The notes beneath the pieces were generated by a model. That model did not search any database, was not told the origin of the DNA, and saw only the letters and a list, made by a program, of their open reading frames with translations. Made by a program: the position numbers and the translations under genes. Positions 50,401 to 61,500 of a stretch of 64,000 nt of DNA are shown here, one piece after another. The stretch comes from Phoronis australis. Taxonomy: Eukaryota; Animalia; Phoronida. The stretch covers positions 1 to 64,000 of the forward strand of contig NMRA01000684.1 of NCBI GenBank assembly GCA_002633005.1. Reading direction: 5' to 3'. Position 1 is the first letter of the stretch. Every line of letters begins with the position of its first letter.

Positions 50401-52903
50401 ACTTTTTGGTTGAACGCACTGTTGCTATCGTGCTAAGGAAATTTTTAGCTTATAACCTTACTCCCTGATTTTGGTATTGAGGTGATGACTGGTCACCGCG
50501 CAATTTTGATTGACAATGGAGAGCCCCCACCTGTCCCCTCACCAACTTCTTAACTTTAAGTGTTAAAATAAGAAATTTGTTGTTACGCCCCACACAACTA
50601 TTTCTGAGAAATAAGTAAATCTCACTTGAGCAAAAGTACAAAGTCTCTCAGAGTATACGCTAAACATAACTGCTAGTTACTGATAAATAGCTTGGTAGAT
50701 ATTCAACACACAGGCAAAAGAGTCGGACCGGTAATCACAGTAAGCCACGCACACTGGGCCAATAGGAATACATGTGACCACAGAGAGGCGGAAGATGAAA
50801 ATCGCTCCCACCCGAAAATGAAAAGTTGTTATTGTTTTTACATAGAAATTTATTTTGCCAAATTTCATGAAAATCTGAAAGAACTCCGAAGACGGAGGAA
50901 AACGTGAAAAAATTAAACTGCTACTAGAAGACAGCGACAATAGGACCCGCCCGAAACTGAAGTCATTGCTTCTCACGTTAACAGAAATATTCTTGCCAAA
51001 GTTAACAAAGATCCTGTAAGGGATTCAGGAAATAACTTAGGTAAAAATGCCACCACGGGGCTCTACAACAGTCGGTACTAAAATTGTAGCCAGTAGTGAC
51101 CTTCTTAGTAAGTACTCTAGTGCCATCAGAGTTGGTTTGGCGATAGAAAAGGAGACGCAAAAAATTCAAAATGCCCACTAGGAGGCACAGAATACGTCAT
51201 AGCCATCCGAAAATGCAATTTCCTTAATAGATATTAAATTTCATGAAAATCCGTCAACGATCTCTTGTCTATCAAGGGGTTTGGAAATATAGTAACAGAC
51301 ATTGGAACCACGGACAGACGGACGGACGGACGGACGGACGGACGGACGGGAACGACGCCATATATATAAACATGGAGGCATAAGAAAGCATTCTGTCAAA
51401 AATTAACTTTTGTTTTAGTGCAAAAATCTGTTCTTGATATGTTAGACAGGATTGCTTGAGAAGAACTGACGGTTCGTCATTGCTTGAGAAATGGCTCGAA
51501 ACGTTAGTTATTTAACGCGCCAAGCACGCTCTCAAGCACTACTGAACTGTCAACCTTCTCTAACCCGTAAAGCTTCTCTCATCTCAGTGGAATAAGTAGA
51601 GACCGATTTCATAATGGAGAGAAAAAGAATAAATACAGGCCGCGGTCTGGTACCAGCATGGGCGGCGCATCACTGAAAAATGTGGGGGGGGGCTAAAGTC
51701 CCCTCAGCCACCTGTGGCGCAACGCCAATAGACCATGTACAGCGTAGCAGTGAAAAAAGTGGGGGGCTAGAGCACCCCAGCCCCCCGTGGTGCGCCGCCC
51801 ATGACCAGACTGCGCAGGCCACTCATGCGGGTTAATTGCACTGATCACATGGAACCATTTTTATGCTTATTAGTAAAATCGAGCTGAGAAGCTAGAGATC
51901 TGACTCAAGGTTCTACCAGTGTGCCCCACTGCAATTCGAACCCATGACCTTGAGTAAAGGAAGAAGCGGACACTTATCCAACTTTACCATACAGCCTCCT
52001 CGAGAGTGGACTAAGTTAAAAGTTTTTGGCGATTTGAAAGCAGCTCTATCAGAATAACGAAAGACAAAGACTTTACCATACCTGTAACATAGATCGAAAT
52101 CTAATCTCGGGCTCAGATTCTTATCAATTGTGAACTTGACAGAAGCCGTTACACCTTGAAAATCTGGGTCGTTTCTGGATGGACTTTTTTTAGGTCGAGA
52201 CTGCTTTCTTCCCGAAACTCGACGTTCGTCCAGTGAGCAAAGAGATGTCGGGGAACACGATCCGCAAGATCTGTCATCTCTTGTGTATGTCGTCCCGCAA
52301 GAAGGCTCGTGAAACAACACGGCATCAAATGATGTTACTTGGCCAGAGTTTAGGGAGGCAGAAGACGGCGGCGTGAACTGTTCATACGTTGGGTATTTGT
52401 TGGCTTCCAGTAGCAGTGAGCTGATGTTATCGTCATCGGATGACAGATCGGCCAAATACGAGGGTGAGCAACAGTTACTGAAACCGTTATAAAGGCTACG
52501 GTTAAAAAATGAAAAATAGGAACGTTAACTCTATGAACCGGGTAAGCAGAGGCACTCATAATGGTAGCCCTAGTCATATTTTTCGCCCGTGGGTACGGTA
52601 CAGTTGAGCACCGTGCACCCGAGTTTCTGGCGGTTTGGTGAGTGTTGTCCGATCGCTCAACTTGAGATCAGCGGAATCTAGAGATTTCTCATTTGTTTTT
52701 GGGTTTTCTTTATCGAAAGAACATACAACTTGCATTTAACAATGTAGAAATCTGCAATTTTACAGCCATTTCGCACTTCGAAATGACGAAGCTCTCTTTA
52801 AAATTATTTTGTGCTGATCAAGATATGGAAAAGTCAATATCACAATTTTGCGTATCTTGAAATCCCGTAGATATAATTCTTACCTTAATAAATGATCATC
52901 CAT
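47439..52903 (-). CDS. ZGLP1: GATA-type zinc finger protein 1 (ZGLP1/GLP-1-like), 5 coding exons
   Basis: Exons (minus): 52884-52903, 52082-52477, 49699-49802, 48660-48750, 47439-47571 with matching phases (2,2,1,2). Motifs: RKQSRPKKS...DPDFQGVT; single GATA finger CASCKTRKTPLWRDAEDGTPLCNACGIRYKKY followed by RCNHCWHIPKK...CPNCG, the ZGLP1-type arrangement. The first and third exons are less certain. Confidence 0.85.
48117..48538. mobile_element. ~420-bp MITE with ~85-bp TIRs in the last ZGLP1 intron
   Basis: tagactgtgccgccgactctact...acgccggaagcttttcggcgaat versus attcgccgaaaagcttccggcgt...agtagagacggtggcactgtcta. Confidence 0.85.
49182..49328. mobile_element. ~147-bp dimeric MITE with 5-bp TSD (CAGGC)
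   Basis: caggc|catgggcggcgca...tgcgccgcccagtg|caggc; homologous to 51657-51803. Confidence 0.85.
49990..50311. repeat. Dispersed repeat, inverted relative to the copy at 56410-56720
   Basis: cgactttcccatccagttctctgaaacaaaat...ctcaagtgggacgccaatgatgcattagca matches the reverse complement of tgctaatgcatcattggcgttccacgtgag...attttgtttcagggaaatggatgggaaagtcg. Confidence 0.75.
51311..51349. repeat. (GGAC)n microsatellite
   Basis: cggacagacggacggacggacggacggacggacggacgg. Confidence 0.9.
51657..51803. mobile_element. ~147-bp dimeric MITE with 5-bp TSD (ACCAG)
   Basis: accag|catgggcggcgca...tgcgccgcccatg|accag; inserted into the palindrome gtctggtaccagac. Confidence 0.85.
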
Positions 52904-55502
52904 TGTGTTAATTGCCCAAACGTTCTGCTAACAATAACCCATCAACCACGCCGGTCCAATACGTCACCTGTTATTCATCGTCCTGGGTTCTCGCTATTCC
53001 CAGTAGGCGTCCTTTAGTGACACCACGTGGTCCGATTCATATTCAAATTTGGCGCTCCCACGCTGTGTGACGTGTTTACATGAATTCAGGGTTGTCAAGT
53101 GTCAAGTGTGGCTGTTCTTGCATGGATTGTACGCCTGTCAGATTATCACGAGATACCTATACAATAACTACCTGACAACAAAAATTTCGGAAACTACAAT
53201 GGATTACCAGGCGGTCTGTTTTCTTCTAAGCATTGGTTTCATAATACATGTGTTATAAAAAGGCATCCGCCAAAAGTCTACCAACCATGAGGGAAATCAA
53301 TTAGTTTGACTTATCCGTGGCTAAAAACTAGAATGCGTACTTCTAAATCAGGATGTACCGATTGCAGGGCCGAGGTTCTAAATTCAAGTTCTAACCCTAA
53401 ATCCCAGCTTCGAACAAGAAAGATAAACACGACTCCCACGTACACATGCTCCTAAACGTCACATAAGTGCCAGAAATACATCACACCCTGGAAGCTCCAG
53501 ACCCGGACCATTGGTATTTTCGGTGCGTATGACGAGCCGCCGGGTGTATAGTTTGTACTGAGCTAAAGTTTGGTGTTCGCTGCTCAGGGGCTGGGGTTTG
53601 CGGACTAAAGTTTGGTACCGAGTGGTGCCGACATGTAATGTTTTGTAGCCCCTGTAATTTTTTCACTCAAGAAAGGAAAATGTGAGTTATATTATGCTAA
53701 AGTTTGGAGGACACAACAAAAGCTGTACATGAACACATTTATTGACCGATTGAACGCATAGTATCAGATAATTACGATATTTACAGAATAACAACTAACA
53801 AAATACTCAACATGGTAACGTCAAAAAGTTGATGAAATCGTCTAATAATAAATAAAGTAAATTTTACATCACCCAATCAGTTTAAACTGAAACCATGTGT
53901 TTGTTACAAAAGTCCGATCCAAGATTCACGGCCGTTAGTCCGAGAACGAGTGTGTGCAAAATCACTGACATTGGCCAGCAAGCACGCTATAGACACCTGT
54001 TCTTGCAGTGGCGGATCATCCGTAGCGTAAACTTCAGGTACCCAGGCTAAAGGGGACCCCGGGAGAGCGGGACCCCACTTAGTACTGACAGAGCTGCACG
54101 AATAAGCGTTAGTCACAAAAGTTTTGGATATGCTTGGCTGCGGCGAGACTTGGTGCCACCCCCCGAGAGGAAAGGACGAGGGTGGTCGAAAGTGCTCATT
54201 GGCTGACACGAGGGGGAACAAAAGGTAATGTTGGGTGAAGGAGCAAAACTGGTGACAACCGGGCGGGTGTGAGTGAGAGTGGAAAAAGCGGTGTTGAAAG
54301 TCCTAGTACTTTTGATCGATGACCAAGGGAGAGAGAATTTTGAAAGCTTCAAATATACTGGTTGCGAGAACCCCCCCATTTCTGGGTAATCAACAGTAGT
54401 CATTTATAGGGTTCTGGAGATCCGGTTTGATCGATGCCTGTAGTAATTCAGTGGAGAAAACTGGCTCTCAAGATGTAGAACCCCTATAAGTCGCTGTTAT
54501 CGATTAATCTCCAGGCCCCGCGCCTGCCACTGCGAATTTTACAACATTATGGAAGTCTTTCTGTAGTTCTTTAGCCATTGTGAGATTTAGAAGTCCAGTC
54601 AGGGTATTTTTAGTCCAGTCGGCAGCTGATCGAAGTACTTGAAAACAGAACATTGTCGACAATGTATGGAGTAACATTCATCTTGCCATTCAACAAAGCG
54701 ACCTCTTTCGTCTAGTAGATTCCCGGTGCTCATGCATCCTCGTACTTCAATAACGGAAGACCTCTCTTCTGCGTGTGGGATTTGACACAAATACATCCAT
54801 TTTGTTCGTGCCCATAATTTTGTTAAAGAAGTACATCAAAAGTTCCCAAATTTTATAAGATCTCATATCATGTGCTAGCTCGAACTATTGGTAAAAAATC
54901 ACATTAAATGACTGTTTCATGTTTATACAAAAGCAGGTGCTTACTGTATACCTGTTGAAATACAACGCGTCGTTTTTAAGTAAACTAAGTATCCAGGACT
55001 TAGCGTCAATTTTTCGACTCGCAGCAGTAGAATACTCGGCCTCTTAATAGTCAATTTCTGGATAATCACCCAGTTACCGACAACTTGTTTGAGATTTTGC
55101 ATGTCATTTTGGTTTTCGTTACCGTCATTTTGGCTAACTGATAAAAATACATTCACGGTATGGAAATGATTACATGGCCGCGCTTCTACGAATTCTATAT
55201 CCGGGACCAAATTCCAGAATCTGGAAGTTTCCAGATGGTATTTTAAGTGCGAGAGTATGGAGTTTGTATCTCGGGTTTGGGGTTTGTTTGTTCAGAGCTG
55301 GTAGATTTTAGAAGCACAGCCAGGAAATTGAGTACCGCCCCGTGGCATTTTGCACCATTGGTTTGTTAGCAGTTTGCAAGCGATCAGTGGTGATAATTAA
55401 AACCAGTTTTTTTGGCGGGAACGTGGACAATAAGTGAATTGTATGCTAAGACACTATAGACCTAATCCAGAAGATTCTACACGTTGAACAATGTAACTGA
55501 TA

Positions 55503-58500
55503 CTAGTGGTTGTTCATTCGATTCGTTAGATGTGGATACTTGTCCCTCAACCGACTCATGCAGTCTGTAGTCTGTACCGATTTTTCTACGAAATTTGTTG
55601 GCGCCTCTGTCTGAGTCGATGAACTAATGTTAATGCCAGCGTCACTACTTAGAGAGCACGAACTCTTCACTGGTTTTGGTACATGATTTTTCATCTCGGT
55701 AATTTCTGAAATGAGAGTGACAAGAACTGAGTTGAATTTCCGGTGACAGGAATGCTCATGGGGATCGTAGATAAAGCCGCAACAAAATTGTAGATATTCT
55801 ACAGTTTTGTGAACCGGCCAAGCGAACTTGAAAGCTTCCGCCAAGTTAGTGCAACGTTATAATAAAGTGTTAGTCCCCGCTTTCTGTGTCAGCCACTGGA
55901 TCTACTTCACAACTTCGATAAATGCGAAATCTGTGAATTGTTTCACACATTTGCAAGCTTTAACTTTGTATAATTAGACCAATGCCCACACAAATTGTAT
56001 CAGTGAGAGATTATTGAATTGGTTTCTTTTTTTCTCCCTAATTAAATATTCAAAATGGTGGACGAAACCAAAGTATCTTTTCCACGTGCACGTGAGTGGA
56101 CGGAAAAATATGTCGTACTTTTTAAAACCAATATTTTGCGAACGATATGGACTATACTGTCAAAAAGTTGCAATTATGCCATTCCCAAATTATTTAGGAT
56201 TGCGACATACAGTGTTTTACGACACTAACTAACTTATATGAAACAGTTGAATTTAATCTATATTTCAAATAACAGATAATTTAATTTGGAGAATGTTGAT
56301 TTTGAGTTGAGTTTTTGTTATTTTGGCGTTTAATAATAATCCGTTACATCAAATTTCAAAATTATGTAGTATTAAAACGATACTAAACCCTGTTTTGAGG
56401 ATTTCAACCTGCTAATGCATCATTGGCGTTCCACGTGAGTGATGAAAGCAGAATTTAACTAAAAATCATTTAATTACTCTCTGTGTCATAACTTAGATGT
56501 TATTGTTCTTGGTGAGTGGTGTTCCCCCCACAGATGTCGCGTAACTCGCTTAAAGATTAGGTCACGCTTGCTCATTTAGCAGACTTTGTAAGGAGTTTTC
56601 AAACTTTTCTCCAAACTTTTGAGGGCTGTCGATGGTAAAACAGAGTATTATTTTGTTTCAGGGAAATGGATGGGAAAGTCGTTTTTAATGTCTGTTGATA
56701 GGGTTTGGCATCCTTTCAAACAATAGACAAATTCAAGTGCTGACAATAAGGCCCAGGGTCTAATCTTTTTACTGGCGTTTTCTATTCTACTTCAATTTTG
56801 AATTGATTAAAGATGAAACCTCTTGTCTTGAACTAAAGTTGAATCACAATCTAAACAACATGATGTAATCCCATCTGGTGAAATGCTGCCGGGAGTAATC
56901 GTGATCTAGAAATTGGAGCGCTGATACGCCGTAAAATGTAACAATTTCGTAAAATGTAACAACTGTTACCTTTTACGTCATTGTTAGATTTTACGTTGCT
57001 AAACTTCTCCTAATATGAAGCAAGTTGTTACATTTTACGAAATTGTTACATTTTATGGCGTATCAGGGCGCTTTTGAGAATGTCAATTCTTTGTAAAGCT
57101 GTTTGAGCTAAAAGCCGGTAAGCTCTAATTCTTGCGTTTATTGCAGAGATGGGCAACAAAATGAAATGGAAAAACCTTTAATTTGGAAACTTTCTGTGTA
57201 GAAACAAAAACGCAAAAAATTGAGGTAATCGAAATCCAGATAAAAGTTACTTACGCCCGCTTGCGGGCAAAGAGAACTCTCTTTTGAATGTTTTAATGCA
57301 ATTTGAGTTCGTATCCCAGTACAAAAGCACAAGCAATTATGTTAATAGGTTAAACGAACACTGGAGGCCAAAGACAGGCAACCACGAACCTCAGAGTTTG
57401 CGACACATTGTGTTTCAGAAATTGGAAAAGATCGGGATATGTAACAATTAGACAGTGGCGGGGACAGTGGCGGGGACTCGCCGACTTGTGTAGCAATTTT
57501 GATGACATATCTTGACCATACAAGTTCGCACAGTTTGTGTGTTTCACGACAATCGAAGTAGGGAAAATTAAAACTCACCTTCAGTGAATGAGGATTCATA
57601 TTTGAACACTGACGTAGCTGGAGGTACAGTAGATTTCCGTGTACTGTTCATTAAACTAGATCGAACGTTTCTCTCGGGCCTCAGCAAAATAATGTACAAT
57701 TTAGGAGCGAATAAGCACAACAGTGAAACTGTGGCACTGAGACTCACAGAAAAACACATGGTAATGACTCGGAGCTGGATGTTTTTGGCTGTGGTCACGT
57801 ATATGGGTACGAACGCCAGCCAAATAATACACGTGGTATACATTGTAAACCCGATGTACTTTGACTCGTTGAATCCTTCGGGTATTTTACGAGTTATTAT
57901 GGCGTATACTGTGCATATGATGATTAAAAGCATGGGATATGCAAATCCAATCATGTACTCCATTCCTTTTAACGATTCGCACACCAGGTGATGCTCCATG
58001 CGCGTTGGATAAAATGGCCCCGCTTTTGGAGGAATCTCCATCAGCCACAACGCATCCACCAGAAGTTCCACCATTACCAGAGCTCCGCATATAAGTAACT
58101 GCGAAGACGGGCTTATGAACTTTGGTCTTTTCGCGGTTTGTTTTGCAGAATTAAAAATCCTCGCTATCCTTACTGTCTTTGTCAAAAGTGCCGCGTAGCA
58201 AACGGTGTAACACAAACCAATTCCAGCCTTTTGAAACCCGCAAGTGACTCCTGATGGTTTCGCTGTCAGCACGAACGTTATGAGGTAACAAAGCAAGATT
58301 CCGGCGAGTAACACAAAGCTGAGCTCCCTACCGGACGCTCTGACCACTGCCGTTTCTCTGTATCTGATAAACACAGCTATCACGAATACAGTAGCAAGCA
58401 CGCCGATAATGGCGAAAATCAAGGCTCCTATGACCACGCCGTCGGTATATCGCAAGTAGTCAAATGGGATAGGTTGACACTTATCTCCAGAACGAGACGG

Positions 58501-61500
58501 GTGCGTTCCATTAGGGCACTCTATGCACTTGTCAAGGGTGCTTGAAAGGATCTGGAACGCCGTACAGTTGACGCAGTTCCAACAACATTTGTTTCCGACT
58601 GACTGTCTCGCCTGCCCTTTACCACACGGCTTTGAGCAGATGGATTGTGGGTGTTTCATGCTCTCTTGCCTGAACTTGAGTTTGGACCAGGTAATCTGAA
58701 ATAAACGACAGGTGCAATTTTTGAACAGCAATCGTCTGACACCTGCATATTGAATACCAAACTTTTGATGGCCCAACATAAGGCTCAGTTCAAAACATGA
58801 AAGCGCGACGCAGTGCCCTACTTGTTGGTTGTTTTTGGTAACACGGTTACTGCTGTTCATGTCTGATTTGTTCAAGTATGAAATTTGTTAATTCGGTTTG
58901 AGCTAATTAGTGCTGAAAGGAATTTTACAAGCATGTGGGTAAAGACAAAATGCCCAAAACCTGTTAATTATGCTTATTAGTTACCGCCATCCCCCAAAAG
59001 GCAATTCTCGAAGTAACTTTATCGATATGCAAGCAGACTTGACAAGCGAGGGTTCTGAACCTTTAATTTGAAGTCCTGAGATACTAGTATGGCACATTTG
59101 AAGCCGCGTTATTTTTCATATTAGATAATAAATTGTCGTTTATTTACAAAGGGTTCCCTGTCAGTGAAAAGATGTTACAACACGCACTCCAGATGATGTA
59201 TGTATCGGTGCTACCGTGAGTCTGATCGTTGGCCGATCAAGCATACGCGAAAATGACATCCTTAACAACGGAGAATATCTCAACAGAATTCGAAGTATGG
59301 CTCGAGATTTATCCTTTGCGTCAGTAGAGGCAAACTCCGTTGGTTTTGTATTAGTATACTACTGCGTCAAGCTAAATGGTTGACAACGAATTTGGACTAT
59401 TTGATAAGATCACAATTACAAGCAGGTGTTGCAAGCAGCCTCTTCCTTGACTGAGAACACATTCAAATCATCTGATCAGTAAATCACGCCACTGACTTAG
59501 TGCCGCCATTTTACCAAACAGCTTCAATGAATTCAAGGTCAGTTGAAAAGTTTCTGAAATCGCCGTCTTTATTCTTCCAGTCTTGCGCTTTCGCTTCAAA
59601 TGGATTACAAGCATTGCATGATGGGTAAAGCATATAGTGAAGATCTACCAGCTCCACAAATCAGTACTATCTTACATAGCTGTCTCACGGCGAGAAAATC
59701 TAGCCAATAGCACGTGCTCTCATCGAAAGTACACGACAACATCTCGCGTAACCTCGCGAAGTCATACTTGTCTGTCGAAGTCATAGCGTAATGGAACTCC
59801 AGGCCAGTTCAACCAAGTAGAGCCATGACCCGCAAGCAACTGATGCTATTGTGGAGTCGGACCGCCTGCAATCATCTTTCCAAGTTGAACAAAAGGCTGG
59901 ACGGAATAACCTCCACCGTCTAATCACTTCGTTGCCCTGCGCTCCCACAAGCTTACACTGCTATGTGAGATTTCTGATTAAGGGCAATGGTCCACATATC
60001 TCTTGACAACCTAAGTAACACTTTGGTTATGTGACAGATCGGATTCTAGAACCTGGCGCACCTCCACTAAATAAAATTGACTCTGTCGTCCAGCACGCGG
60101 GGTCTAAACTTTGCGCCCGAAATCGAATAAGAAATTCCGTTCCACTTTTATGCAAATTTAAGATAAGTAGCTAGTAGCTGTACTTGAGTACATTATGGTT
60201 TACGTGGTAGGCAGTCTAATCTAATTTGCAGTTGATGATCTCTGAACAAAATCTCTGAGGTCGTGTCTGAGCTCAAGCTATCATGTTTTTACTAATGGAG
60301 ATTGATCAGGGGTCATCAAGTGCAAACTTGGACTAGGCGCCCATTTGGTACGTCATTATATCCCTGAGCACAAAAAAATAAGCCGTATCTTGAGTTCATA
60401 CAAAACTAGAACGGAAAATGTGATACAGGATTTCGAGTTCAATTTCGAGTACACAGAGCGGCACAAGGCAGAAAGAGCAAAGATGTCACGGATACTGTTG
60501 ATTGTCCGTACAATAGTTTTAAAAAGCGCAGTGAATGACATCTTTACTTTAATAAGTGTAAAACTATACGTTTGAAATTTACAGTGCTTGTAGTTGTAAA
60601 CATGATTTGTTTTCACGTTGAGTCGCCCATTCACTGAAAGGTGGAGATTGTAGACTACCGTTCCGTGATGTGGGAAACCAATGCTCTCACCATGACTGCG
60701 TGCGATTGACTGTTTGAAACTCGGGTCTTCTTCCTTATTCTTGGAATTAACGTCATCAAGGAGTGCCAGGGCATCGTCGACCACTCTCAGAAGCATTCGC
60801 GATAAAAGTTTCCCGTCATCTTATTATAAAGTGGGAGCGCAATGATTATTGCGCAAGCTAGTGACTTTCTGAATTATCCCATTTCACTTTGTTATGAAAT
60901 CAAGTATAAGAGCACTGACTTCTTAAAACCAAATACCCAATATATTTCTAGATCAAAAACGTCGTCAACGTTGTTTCTTCGACGACCTTTGGTTTATAGT
61001 ATTTCCAAGTTCTCCAGTAATCGGGCGAGTTGATTTAGCCGTGCTAGTTTGCTAACTAATTATTATGCAATAGTGTCGCTACATCATTGCATTTAAACCT
61101 GTCAGCTTGGTGGCCATTGTACTTAAACTAAAATCTGCCTCCCTTTCAGTAACGCTAGGACCTCGCTAAAAAGCAAGAGTTCGCGAGATTACATGAGAAA
61201 ATGCCGTGTATTTTAAATGAGAACACGTGACTTTGACTAGGTTTTAGCTAGGTCCTAGCGTAGGTCCTATCGTCTACTGAACACACGCCTGCTTTTGCAA
61301 TCAGGCCAATCGAATTCATGTTGCCTTAACTGGGCTAAAAAGTAAGGTTCCCAGCCTTTTCTTAATGCTTCTTGAACGTTGTGCATGCCCTTATTAGAAC
61401 TGCATCTAGTCTATTGGCCAATTTGCAGTACTCGATAGTCTTAATTTTATAATCAACTATTACCGTTAATTTTTTGTTTTGATATTTTCCAACTTTCACC

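Noticed and set aside
50462-50553. Exon-like segment (VKKLVRGQ...QNQG, GTAAG donor) in a ZGLP1 intron
   Set aside because: Phase-incompatible with the upstream phase-2 donor (immediate stops); exon 49699-49802 fits instead.
53904-54800. Several ~65-105-aa minus-strand ORFs between ZGLP1 and the GPCR
   Set aside because: No motifs or consistent splice structure; probably the GPCR 3' UTR (minus-strand AATAAA near 53738).
57584-57991. 135-aa plus-strand ORF
   Set aside because: Antisense shadow of the GPCR 7TM exon.
60356-60820. 146-aa ORF / exon-like segment (DDGKLLSRMLLRVVDDAL...) inside the GPCR intron
   Set aside because: The open frame needs phase 1-1 but the intron is phase 0; no recognisable domain.
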